The notes: a model not told the origin generated them from the sequence alone. Counted from the whole stretch's first letter, positions 1 to 11,639 are shown. The stretch is DNA of 55,124 nucleotides, filler included, from Sluysia triapertura (GCA_046118255.1; 4 parts of 4 records of this genome joined end to end with filler, not necessarily neighbours in it); one strand, 5' to 3'. Made by a program: numbers and translations.

Positions 1-400
1 GGGTGTGAAAAATAGAAAATTAATTAAATAATAGAAAGTGAAATTAAATTCATTATTTTTATGTATGTCAACAGTATCGCTGATTGTTATTTTAATGTGA
101 AAAGTACTTTAAGTAAAAATTGACTGAGTAGAGTAAAAGGAAATGATGGTTGACAATAAATCAGATTTCTATGTTTTGTACCTAATAAAGTTTGACATAC
201 CATACCATGTAGTTGTCAGAGTTGTTATTGTCGGTTTGATTTTCAAAGAGGTTTGGATGATTTGTGTGAGAGATGTTTGGTTGTGAGATTGTAAATTGAT
301 TGGATGATGAGAGCGTATAAAATAATTATTTCTAAATATATCTAAATAATAACAATGATGACACCATGGTACAATGACACAATGGTATGAAGACCCATGC
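1..400 (-). repeat. Fragment of unclassified dispersed repeat family R1 (inverted copy)
   Basis: Bases 1-310 are the diverged reverse complement of ~43845-44142. The ORF track shows the same peptide at 169-402(-) and 43659-43985(+): SLTQII.TSL.IKPTI.TLT.TWYG.SNFI.YKT. Confidence 0.85.
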
Positions 401-519
401 ATAGGGTAAAGTTTTCATTTATTTTTTTTATTTTTATTTTATTATATTAAAATAAGTAATAGATTATATTTTAATTTAATATAAGCTATAAATTTGATTG
501 ATTTTTTTCTTACTACTAA

Positions 520-780
520 AATAGTTTTGCGAGAAACATCCCAAGTAATTTTTGTGAATCATAATATTTAATTTTTAGATATTTTAAAGATACTTTTAGA
601 AGAAACTCCCTACGAAATTATTGTTAAGATTATATTTGATTTTTAGTTATTTTTAAGGTAATTAATTGAGAACCAGTTTACGTAATTTTTGTTGAAGATT
701 ATATTTATTTAAATTATATTTGAATTTTCAGCTAATTTAAGGTGAATTGAATAGGAACTTAGTAATTTATCAAAATACTA
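520..780. repeat. Degenerate ~68-bp tandem repeat, about 3 copies
   Basis: Recurring unit gaaac..(t)acgtaattttt/gttaagattatatttgatttttag..attttaaggt at ~533, ~602 and ~670. Confidence 0.5.
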
Positions 781-817
781 AGTATTTTATCTTTAGAAAT
801 TACTGTTTTCATATAGA

Positions 818-1456
818 AAAGTGAAACAATTACAATTAATAATTAATCAAGCAGCAAGGCTAATTGTACAAGTTGGAAGATCTCATATAACATCTTATCT
901 TAAAGAATTACACTGGTTGCCAATAAAAGCAAGAATATAATTTAAAATCATGACAATAATTTACAAATACTTACATTACGGAAGTCCTGAATATCTTTTA
1001 GAAATAATGCGAAAATTGGAAACCAAAATTAATATTTCATTGAGACATAATAATTATCTATACAGAATCCACAGTGATAACAAGCTATGTGATAGGTTGT
1101 ATACTGTTTATGTCTCAAAAATATACAACCAGTTACCAGAGAATGTCAAATTGATGGAAGATTATGAAATATTTAAGAAAAAAGCAAAGTTCTTTCTGTT
1201 TCAGAAATATTATATTGTTATTGCTTTTTCGTGGTTAATTTAATTATTTCTTAATAACAATAGTACTTTTATTATATTCACAATATTACTTCACTTATAT
1301 GATTATTACTTCTTGTTGGTTAATTTAGTTATTTTATAATAACAAATGTAGTTTGTTTTATATTATTTTGTCCTATTAATTATTTTAAATGATGAATGCT
1401 TTATTGATGATAATTTATAATTTATAATTTATAATTTATAATTTATAATTTATAAT
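818..1456 (+). mobile_element. 5'-truncated non-LTR retrotransposon (L2/CR1 group): ORF2 C-terminus, 3' UTR and (TTTATAA)n tail
   Basis: In-frame translation KVKQLQLIINQAARLIVQVGRSHITSYLKELHWLPIKARI*FKIMTIIYKYLHYGSPEYL...VSKIYNQLPENVK...FKKKAKFFLF matches the L2/Crack ORF2 tail pattern QN.AAR...HIT..L..LHWLP...RI.FK...WN.LP...FK. One stop at 938-940. The element ends in a 7-bp tandem repeat at ~1411-1456. Confidence 0.85.
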
Positions 1457-1478
1457 TATTCCTTATATTGTAATATTG

Positions 1479-2758
1479 TGTAAAGGTGTAAAAATTTTAG
1501 TTTTATTTTTTATGTTTTATGTGTTTACAAAAAAATTGAAAAAATTATAAATATTATAAAAAAATTATTAAAATTATTATCATTTAAAAAATTATTATAT
1601 TGAAATTAAAATTATTACTAAATTACTTTAAAAAATAACTCGAAAGAAATTTGTTTAACTACATTAAAGGCATACATAAATAAAGAAATCTCAAAAAATT
1701 ATAATTCGCCATTTTGTGTCACAAAGAAGACAAAGTTATCACAAAAAACCATCATCGATATTATCCGGTGCATCACCATCAATTCATTAGTAGATTTCGT
1801 GTTCTAGTAATTCTCCCATTCATCCTTCAAGTTATTGTGTAAATCCCGCACACTCGATTAGAGGGATAACACTTTCCAAGCATCAGCAGCTCAACCCGTC
1901 AAGTCAAATTCGAACAATATTTCTGGAAGCCAATTAACGATTTTATTAATTAAACTAGTAAGTTAGTTACACATAGTTTGAATACTCATTTATTGAGTTA
2001 AAATCTGCACGTGAAATATTAAGTTTCACGGTTGGTCCTTAAGGCCAATCACAAAATCAATTTAAAATATAAAATCTCTTATCTTTAGTTGGCCCTTAAG
2101 GTCAATTATAAAATAATTATTATAAGATAGAGTCTCTCGGCTAGACCTTTATTATAGTTTAATTTTTATTGTTATTATAAATTTACTATTTATAAAATTT
2201 TTGTTTTTAGTGTTGATCAGTGTTTTTGGAACTTTTACAAACTAACAATATTTTTATTTTATTTTTCTTGCATTGAATAATAAAACTTAAATTGTGTTAA
2301 ATATTTGTTTATTGTAATCTTGATATCAAATTTGTACCATAAGTAAATCCTTATTTTCTGTATACTGTAGATAAACTTTTGAATTAAATAAACTGTTACA
2401 AAGCGTACTCTAATTATAATATAAGCTCACTAATGTTTTAGAAAGTCTAACGATTAGTATAATTAGATTTTTTAAAAGAGTGAAGAATAAAAGAATAATA
2501 CATTATTATACAAATATTGTTAACTTTATTTTTCACACAAACTTAATTATCACACACGCCAGCGTTGGTCGTAATTATTTTTTAAGTCATTTAGTAACAG
2601 ACAATTTTGTCCATTATTGTTAAGTTAAGGCAAAGAGTATTTTTATACGATTTATTCTTAATAATTGTTTTCACGTAATTTTTACAGGTACGCCATTAGT
2701 AAGTCGTATAATTTATTTGCTGTAAGTTAGGTTTTTGAATTAAGAAAAACACCCAGCA
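1479..2758 (+). mobile_element. 5' LTR (~1.28 kb) of a Ty3/gypsy-type element
   Basis: Begins TGTAAAGGTGT and ends ACACCCAGCA. Colinear with the second copy at 45397-46715 (shared ggcccttaaggtcaattataaaa, agtctctcggctagacc, cgccagcgttggtcgtaattattttttaagtcatttag). Immediately followed by a PBS and gag. Confidence 0.85.
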
Positions 2759-2761
2759 AAA

Positions 2762-2780
2762 TAAGCGCCCGAATTGGAAC
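2762..2780 (+). promoter_or_regulatory. Degenerate primer-binding site (tRNA-Lys-like)
   Basis: taagcgcccgaattggaac just after the LTR end. Resembles the tRNA-Lys PBS TGGCGCCCGAACAGGGAC and the better-preserved copy at 30181. Confidence 0.65.
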
Positions 2781-2982
2781 TAAAGTGAAGCATTTATTGA
2801 TATTTCAGTTTATTAGTATTAAGTAAGGAAGTAAGTAGATATAAGTAAGTATTAAAGAGTAATTTAAGTTATAAGAAACATTTCTAGACATAGACGATTC
2901 AGAAATAGATATTAAAGAAGATTATAGTGATAATATTAGCATTCCATTACAAGATATAAATGTTGTATTAGAAGATATCAAA

Positions 2983-3890
2983 ATGGCCGTACCAATGAAC
3001 GAATTTAAGGAATACATAACACAGTTTGCACAAAATATAAAACCTGCTGTAGTATTACCAGAAATGCGTAAGTTTAATGGAGCTGAAGAGGATTTGTATG
3101 ATTTTTTGTTTGAGTACGACGGCATAGAAGAAGCTAATGGCTGGTCGGAATTGGAGAAAATTAAAAGAATTCAAAATTTTCTTACGGATGTTGCTATTCA
3201 GACATACAAAGAGATAGACAATACTAAGAAAACTAATTGGAGCAATTTTGTTAACTCTTTCACGGAAGAAATCTCTTTGGATGACATGTGCAAATATTAT
3301 ACACGAATGTTGAATATACAAAAACAAAAACCTCTCGAAACTGTATGCGAATACGCTTGTGGGTCAAATGTTTAGTGGCACGAGCTAAGATTTCGGATGA
3401 TAAGAAGGAAATGACTCTAATAGATAAGTTTAAGAGCAGACTTCGTCAGGAGTTAAGCACTTACTTTAATTTAATAGATGATTATTAATTTAAGGAGATA
3501 GTCAGAATATTAAGAGGAACAGAGAGATCTAAAATTGAAGCAAAAAAACAACGTAAGTTATGTAAGTAATGATGATAAGAGAGGTAGGAGTCCAGTATAT
3601 AATTTAAAAGATACGTTTAAGAATAACTCTTTTTCAAATAATAATAATAATCATCATCATAATAACAATACTAATAATTTTAAAGGTAATGATTATAGGA
3701 GAAATAGTTTTAACTCACGATGAAATTATTTTAATCAAAGAAGAGGAAGAGCAAGAGGATTTACAAGAAATTATAATGAAACAAGAGAATTTGAACAAAG
3801 ACCTCCGAGGTGACAGAATAATGAAGAATTTACAAATAGGAATAAGAGCCCAGTAAGAGGTAATAATTATAATAAAACTAAAGTTAACGT
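2983..3890 (+). pseudogene. gag: Ty3/gypsy-type gag (capsid) pseudogene with an N/R-rich C-terminal region
   Basis: F.G.EEDLYDFLFEY...ANGWSELEKI..IQNFLTDVAIQTY......W..F...F...L..QKQKPLETVCEYA is the retrotransposon capsid pattern. It continues after a frameshift (~3365) as VKCLVARAKI...LIDKFKSRLRQEL, with several stops. Confidence 0.8.
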
Positions 3891-4079
3891 ATAAGGGGAG
3901 ATAGTAAGTCTAATTCTAATAGGAAAGGACACTACGCATGAAACTATAGTAAATTAAAATCAGATACTTTTAACCAAGATTTAAGTAGAATGCAAAATTA
4001 TCAACTAGTGAGAGGACAAACTCCATCAAGAAAGGTAAAATTTAATAAGAAAAAAAATTAAAATGGTAGGACCCAAGTA

Positions 4080-5590
4080 AATTATAACTACGAATTAAGG
4101 AAATGGACATGATAGAAGTTGGGGTAGATTGACAGAAGATGAAACAAAAATACTACAAGAATACTGTATGATCAAACTGGATAACGATGAAGAGAAATAA
4201 AACTGATTAAAGAAAGAACAAGAAGATGAAGACGAAACATTCGCGAACTACTTATATGAACAACTTTTAGAATTCTTAAAGAAAAAAGAAGAAATGAAGA
4301 ATAGCATACTCACAGAGAAGATAAATTTAAAAGAGAAGAAATCAAGAAATCGGACGAAATTTTGGATGGTTGGGATAAAAATAAAAATGATACCTCTCAA
4401 GTAATGATTTATGATGAATTTAAAATTACAAGTGATACCCATCGAGTACCGATAAATGGCGAATAAAAAAATGAAGAAATAAAAATACCTGAAGAGGAAA
4501 TAATGGCAAATAGAAAAACCGAAATAATTATAATTTGAGTTAATGAGGAAAAAGAGTTAAATAATTCTAAATTAACTTTACGTGCGAAAGCGCAAAAATT
4601 TCTTAAGGATTTACAAAATGGCGCTGTGCAAGCACATGATATTGATGAAAATGTGGATAATTTACTCGCTTAATAAAATAAGTCTTGGATTGATGGATAA
4701 AGTATTAAGTCTAATTTAGTTATATTAAGCCAAGAAAATAGTTATTATAAAGCAAAAGCTATGATATTGTTAAGAAAAGTTAGTCAAATTGAAATGGTCG
4801 AAGAACCCATTTCATTACTGAAAATAAATGTATTAATTAATGATTTGATTAATGTTTTTATGGAATTACCCGTGACTACAAGAGTAAAAGGAATTATTGA
4901 TATAATTAAATCGAATGATATTTCGATAACAGACATAAAGTTATATTATTATGATATAAAATTAGAACCAGATGAGTTCTTGAATGATTACGGTTATCCG
5001 TTAGGAAACTACGGTGAAATAATAAAAGCTTTTATCGCTTACGCGGTAGAAAATAAACCTGTTGATATTACAAATATATATGATGATGTTAAATTAGTTG
5101 AAACAGTTATTGGAAAATGATGATGTACTCATAAATAATACAGAAATTAATGATGAAAATATAATGGAGAAACCCGATTAATAATTGATTTAAATAGTAA
5201 CCCTCACATTGAAACTAATGACAAGGACAACCACGAAAAAATGAGTATAATGAGAATAAGACGATTATATCGCACCCCGTACATAAGAATAATGTTGAAT
5301 TGACTAAAATAAATTGTGAGGATATAGACAATATTGACACTTTGGATACTAAGAATATAATTTATGCATTATTGTCAGATAAATTTGCAGACTTTGATAA
5401 ATATAAAAAATTACTTCTAAAAATGAAAGGATACAGATTATCCCCAATAGAATTAGTGAAACAAATAGAAAATAAATAAGGATAAAGATTTTAGTGATTA
5501 TATTGATGCTGGACACTAGACTAATTAAAGATAAACAGGTTAATTCAGGTATAAATGATAAAAAGGTTAAAATAACTTTAGCATATGTTA
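4080..5590 (+). pseudogene. Decayed internal ORF of the LTR element containing a ubiquitin-like domain (open segment 4761-5120)
   Basis: DIKLYYYDIKLEPDEFLNDYGY aligns without gaps to ubiquitin [22 protein letters not shown]. The whole segment is homologous to 48040-49490. Confidence 0.6.
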
Positions 5591-5599
5591 TGGGAGTTG

Positions 5600-6180
5600 A
5601 TGTTGTTGAGGCGAGTGTTGAATAGTATTTTGAAAGAAGTTTTAAAACTGAATTTCTAAACTTAATATTTATCTTATCGCTGTTAATAACGTTATTTAAA
5701 AATAATATTAGATTGTTTAATTCTTCAGATAACTTCTTTAATAAATCCAAACTGTAGACTTTAAAATCTTTGATTCTCAACATAACAGTAAAATCGTTAA
5801 CAATTTTTACACTATCAATAGCTCGTAAAAGCAAAGAAAATTCTTTATCCTTTTGTTCCGTTTCAATTATCATCATATAATGATTAAAATGCATAAAACG
5901 CCAATTAAGACATGCGTTGAAAACAATATTAATCTTACATCGATATTAATGCATTTTGTAGTAAAATCCTTGTTCATTTTAACATTTAAGTGAAAAGCAA
6001 AATTGAATTTCAATTTTCTATCTGCACTTCTAATCCTTTTTTGTCTGAAAAAAATTATTTGTCTGTATTTTCAACTGTCTATTCTACACTCTTTTTTAGT
6101 CTAACCAATTATTACGTTATAATTTCAAATTCTGTCTACCCAATCAGAATATTTTGAAAACATTGATGATTATTTGCACT
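5600..6180 (-). pseudogene. Possible decayed ORF of unknown identity
   Basis: Open frame 5894 to ~5600 (IETEQKDKEFSLLLRAIDSVKIVNDFTVMLRIKDFKV...) with protein-like but stop-interrupted sequence upstream. The part of the track ORF below 5600 is simply antisense to the LTR-internal ORF. Confidence 0.25.
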
Positions 6181-6559
6181 CTGATTGGGTGATGATGAAT
6201 GTTTACTGAGAATAAATGATAAAACAACCACCGTCATCAGTGGTGTCATTTTGATGACAATTTTAATCAACACAAATAGTACTGATGACGGCGGTAACTA
6301 GTTTGACGAAAATTATTATTATTAACTCATTTAATAGTAAAAATAATAACAATAACAATGATAATAATAACAATAATAATAACGACAATAACATTGTTAT
6401 TATTATTGTTAGTAATAAAAAACGCATGAATTCTTTAAAAAAATCTGTAACACGAACTTATTCTGTCGAATTCTTTTATTCTATACATATTTATAAAAAT
6501 AAAAGATATAAAACTGATTGAATAGTGAGAAGGAACAACGATAGTGAGGTGTATTATAT

Positions 6560-7245
6560 CTCAGCTATCGTTGTTGCTTCTTGTTAAGATAATGAACTGT
6601 TTAAAGCTTAATTATGTTTATTTCTAGAGATAAAGGAAATGGTTTGAGTTGTAATTGAAACGAAGAGTGTTAGCATAAATTATTAAAATTTATTGAAGAT
6701 TTATAGTTTGAAAACAAGATTTATGCATTGGATAGAATGGTTTGAACTGCTTAATGAAAGGTTGAAGTATTTTTTATTTTTGAATGGTGATTACAAAATA
6801 AGTCTTAGTATATTACAGTGTCATTACAAGTAATTGTTAATGATGATTATGTGTATGTGAAATGGATTTAGGTTGGTGCAGCTGATTAAGGGTTTAGATG
6901 TAAATGATCTATGTTTCAGAGGTATTTGTTAATGTTGTTTGATAATGCTATTATATTTATGATTTTTGAAGTTTATATTATGATTGTGATTTGTTTGTTG
7001 AAATATCTCGTTGACTGAATGTTGTGAATTATTTGAGGTTAAATGTCGAAGTTTAATATGCTATGGATGGTTGAATTGTTAGTTAAATTGTTGATATATG
7101 TGAGATGATGAGGTGTTGTAAATATCGAATGTTATTCGATATCAAAAGTGTGATTATTTTGAAAATTGAATTTGGGTGAAATTTGATTTGTGGATATTGA
7201 ATATGAAATTTTGATTAATTTTAAGTTATAAGTGTTGGCCACTAA
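6560..7245 (-). repeat. R1 repeat fragment (distal part, inverted)
   Basis: GT-rich tract ending aagttataagtgttggccac, matching 11348-11364 and the reverse complement of ~41200-41230 (gtggtcaacatataactt). Confidence 0.55.
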
Positions 7246-7257
7246 AGTTACGACAAT

Positions 7258-7800
7258 ATGCTTTCTGTTAAAGTTATTAATAATATAGTTGATCAGACTA
7301 AAGTTGATGTTGATATATATAACAACCATCAAATATGCAATTATAAAGTCAAATGTAACCTGATCGATAATAGTAAATATGATAATGTTACAGTTATAAA
7401 TGCTCAAGATGATCAGAATAAAGTTGATGATAAATGCAGCAATTTTCAATTATGTAATTAATTATAAAGTTAAGTTTAACCTGATCGACAGTAATAAAGA
7501 TGTTGACGTTCTAGTTGTGATTGCTCAGATGATCAGAATAGAGATGATGATGATGAATATAACAATTATCAAATATTTAATTATAAAGTTATTAATGCTA
7601 AAGACGATAAGAATAAAATTAGTGATGATCACATCGAAAACTTTAGAGCATATAATTTTGAAGATCAGTATAACGAAATTGGTATTAGAAAAGATAACGA
7701 TTTACAAAATAATATACTTGAAGATGACAATGTCAAAGTTATTGATGTTAAACTTAAGTATGCGAGTGTAACAATGATAACTCTAATTACAATAAAGATA
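7258..7800 (+). repeat. Degenerate ~120-bp tandem repeats that read as Asp/Asn-rich peptide
   Basis: tataaagt(c/t)aa.t.taacctgatcga at 7342 and 7463, a third unit start at 7582, and repeated gatgatcagaata. Frameshifted. Confidence 0.6.
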
Positions 7801-8645
7801 ACAATTCTGGAGAAGGTTACGCAAACTGAGACGAAGAAATTTATCGATTGTTTCTTTAGCCGCTATGAAGATAAATGTTATAAACTTAAACAATACAAAG
7901 TCGATTTTTTAGTATTTATAAAAAGTATATACGTGTTTTCGAACTATATATTTATAAAGTAATTTTCTTAATTGTAACATTAAGAAAAATGTTAATAATA
8001 TTTATTCTATTGATATAAATAAACCTAAGATTAATGAAAGGCATAACAATGATAAAGAGTATTTTTGTCTTTTTAATAATTATAGATGTTATGACTCTCG
8101 ACGTAGAGATAATGAGCCTGAATATTGTATGTGTCCAGCTCTTACCGATAATAAGTCTCTGCTTAATGCGTGGAGTGTACTGCAGATACACTCGCTACGA
8201 ATTACAAAGTTACTAAATAATATTGCAAGTGTTTCTAACATTTCAGGTGGCAATAATTTAATAGACAACGTTAAAGTAAATAATATTTACTTTTATTTAT
8301 TTCGTGTTAACAATCATTATCATTATTATTATTACTTTTATTTATTAGTAGATGGAACGTCGAGAAGAAGCATCATACATAGCAGCCAAAAATCAAAATT
8401 AAATTCTTTCAAAAGTAAATTTTTATGTTTTTATTTTGAATTTTTATTTAGAGAAAATATGATAATTATTGTGGAACTAAAACATTTTAACAAAGAATTT
8501 TTAATAAACGATAATTTCAAATTTTGTAAAGTAAAAAATAAAATATATTTAAATTTTAAAAATAAAAATAATCAATCATAATCTTCATCAACTTTTCACA
8601 ACAATTACAAGTTCAAAAATTACAAATCAAAAATATTCTGATTTT

Positions 8646-9788
8646 CTAAATTGTATTTTCATCATTAGAATCATCGATTTGGTCATTTGAATTTTCTTCA
8701 CTATTTTCAGTAGTTTCAGAAACATCATTGACATTGTAATAATTAAAATTATTAATATAGAAATTTTGAATGAAGATATTGTTTATATTCACATGTTGAT
8801 TACTATTAATGTACATATTATTATACAATGTGTAATCAAAATTAGGATGATTGTTCGAATTATAAGTATTATAATTGTATTCATTATTAATATAATTTGG
8901 AATATAAATAGCATTATTTGATACTGAATTATATTGTTGATTTGAATTATTATCTTCAAATTCATTATTATAATTATTATTCGTTATATTGGACTCCATA
9001 TTACTGTTTGTGTATTCAAATAATCCATGATGATTTGATTCTAGTGTTTGTAGCATTTCATTATTTAGCATTGCTTCAGTATCACCTTGATTTGTAATGT
9101 TTTCAAATGCATTATTACGAAAATTGTTATAATGAATTTCATTATGATCTATATAATTATTCATTACTGGATTAAATTGTTGATTAGAATTATTATCTTC
9201 AAATTCATTATTGTAAATATTATTCGTTATATTGGACTCCATATTACTGTTTGTGTACTCAAATAATGCATTGTAATTTGATTCTGTTGTTTGTGACATC
9301 TCATTATTTAATATTGCCTCAGTATCATTTTGATTTGCTGTGTTCTCAAACGCATCTAATTCAGTATTTGGTTGATTTAAATTATACATATTAGTATCTA
9401 AAGTTTCAACAGAATCATTATTCGAATTAGTATTGTTTTCTATTTCGTTCAACACTTCATGCATGTCTATAAATAAATCATCGATGTTTTCAACGTTATC
9501 ATCGACATTAATATTGTCATCCTCTATTCTGGATATTGTTACAAAAGACATACTATCTTCGTCACTATTCCTCTGCGCTCCATTGTCATCTAAATTAAAT
9601 TCATAAATTTGTTCTTCCTTAAAATACAATGTGAATTTCCTTGAATAATTCCGACAATTTGGACATGTATTATGATTGGTTATATAAACCCATCTCCATA
9701 AACACTCGAAACAGAATCTGTGTTGGCACTCAGTAATACCACTTTTTATAGAAACTTCACTGAAACAGATTGAACAAATATCAGTCAT
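8646..9788 (-). CDS. C3HC4 RING-finger protein (putative E3 ligase) with an acidic, Asn-rich tail, 380 aa, intronless
   Basis: N-terminal CSIC-x12-CQH-x2-C-x2-C-(W)-CPNCR is a complete RING-HC signature. The 1143-bp ORF is uninterrupted in very AT-rich DNA. Confidence 0.9.
   Translation of the reverse strand: MTDICSICFSEVSIKSGITECQHRFCFECLWRWVYITNHNTCPNCRNYSRKFTLYFKEEQIYEFNLDDNGAQRNSDEDSMSFVTISRIEDDNINVDDNVENIDDLFIDMHEVLNEIENNTNSNNDSVETLDTNMYNLNQPNTELDAFENTANQNDTEAILNNEMSQTTESNYNALFEYTNSNMESNITNNIYNNEFEDNNSNQQFNPVMNNYIDHNEIHYNNFRNNAFENITNQGDTEAMLNNEMLQTLESNHHGLFEYTNSNMESNITNNNYNNEFEDNNSNQQYNSVSNNAIYIPNYINNEYNYNTYNSNNHPNFDYTLYNNMYINSNQHVNINNIFIQNFYINNFNYYNVNDVSETTENSEENSNDQIDDSNDENTI
8928..9355 (-). 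repeat. In-frame internal duplication with 243-bp (81-aa) period within the RING gene
   Basis: ggactccatattactgtttgtgta at 8991 and 9234. The peptide AFEN..NQ.DTEA.LNNEM.QT.ESN...LFEYTNSNMESNITNN.YNNEFEDNNSNQQ occurs twice. Confidence 0.9.
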
Positions 9789-11039
9789 GATTGATTAAAA
9801 TAATTATTTTTTAACAAAATAATTAAAAGCATTTTAAAATAAATTTTATACAATGTTGTAACAAATGTAATTATTATTTAATATGAATAAATAAATCATT
9901 TTAAAGGCTTTGTTAAGTTTGATTATTAATAAATTTTACATTGAATAATTTTTTTAATTAGTAGTTCATTTTTAACCAAAGATATATTCTTGGAACGCCA
10001 GAAATTTAATGTCACATATCTCAACTAACGTAACATAATGAAAACCTATTTCGCAACATAAAAATAAAAAAATACAAACTTCATTAATACTTAATAGTGA
10101 TTGACGAAAAATATGTTGAAATATTAAATTTAAAACCTTTAAATAAAATATGCAAATATATTTAATTTTTATTAAGTATTGAACTAGTGAATAAAATGTC
10201 ACTGTGTGAGTTCTAAAATAGTGTAACAGTTTCATTTTTAAAACAATAAATAATAATAGAAATAATACGATAATTGCCGGAACAAAATAACAAATTAAAA
10301 TGATACACCATTAAATTTAAAAAAAATTAAAACCTAAAACATATTTCAACAAAAAATAAATTTCTAATATCATTTAGGTTACGTGACATGCTGAAAATTG
10401 ATTTTGAGAATAATCCAGTTAAAGTCTATTTAGGTAAATTGAATTTTTTGAAAAAAAGTGATGGTCATTTGCTTTTTCCTTTTTTGTAAATTCCTTCCGT
10501 CAATTCAAGCCAAATCCAGCAGCAACTATCAACTTCAGAATTACAAATCTCTAATATTAATAAATCACTAACAGGAATGACACAAGTTAAATGAAATCAA
10601 TAAATTTTGACGCCCATATTAACACAAAAAGTAAATAACAAAAAACTAATCCCTTTATTTAAAAACCCCCTAATGAATTTTAATTGTCTGCTGAAGAATA
10701 GCCTCAATTTCATTATTTTCTACAAATGAATTGAGGAAGCGTTCTATAGTTAAATAAGTCTGTTTTTTATCTATCTTATTTTTGTTCTCTTTTTCTGAAA
10801 AAATATGACTGCTTATGCAATAGTTTAGCGATCATTTGGGAAATTAGACTATAGGGAAATTAAACTGTTTATTCTTTTTAGTCGGTGATAAGCCAAACAA
10901 TTTTAGTGATTCAATTTCGAAAATAATTTTCGCCTGTATCCAATTTCATTACCTTTAATTTGTGTGAAACATTACCTTAATCATTATATTAAAATTTAAT
11001 ATTATTATGTCGCTAATATTAATAATATTAATATTATTA

Positions 11040-11370
11040 ATGTATAGATAGTTTGAAATGAAAGCCTAGAATAAAGTAGACGTTAGAGTTAGTAATGATG
11101 GCGTTTTGTTTGTGAATGTTGATGTAATTAGAATGTTTGGGATGGAAAAATATTTTGGATTAAAATTTAATGTTTTGATGGTTTGGAGAATTATTATGAT
11201 TTGGATGTTGTGAGGTGTTGGATAAGTGTTCACAATGGATTTATTGCTATGAGTTAATGGCGTTTTTATTATGAATTGACAGATTTGAGGTGTATTAAGA
11301 AATAAATTTTAGTTTTGTGAATTTGAGATTTTAATATACTTTGTTGAAGTTATAAGTATGGCCACAGGAA
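11040..11370 (-). repeat. R1 repeat fragment (distal part, inverted)
   Basis: GT-rich tract ending gttgaagttataagtatggccac, homologous to the end of 6560-7245 and to the reverse complement of 41200-41620. Confidence 0.5.
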
Positions 11371-11639
11371 TAGTAGAATTATTTGTTACCAAACTTTGGT
11401 TTAGACGGATTAAACGATAATTTTAAAATTTACTCTCTTTTTATATTATTTTTAATAAAACAAGTGAAAAAATTGTATTTATCAAAATTTAAATATCGCA
11501 CTTAAAAAATGTATCCTTGTCATTCAAAGAAGTTAACAATGAAATCTTACATAAAGAAATCAACTAATTAAAATATTAAACACATTTTGTTTAAGATGGT
11601 GCATGATGAAAAGCATATAAAATAAACATTAATTCACGT

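Noticed and set aside
938-940. TAA at positions where Gln would fit (LINE RI*FK; DEAD-box 42420), suggesting a TAA=Gln genetic code
   Set aside because: Intact genes (RING, SP-RING, ILVBL and NZF exons) end at TAA/TAG and have no internal ones. CAA to TAA decay in pseudogenes explains the pattern.
5349-5600. Hydrophobic 'membrane' C-terminus of the 181-aa minus-strand ORF
   Set aside because: It is the antisense reading of the A-rich LTR-internal ORF on the plus strand.
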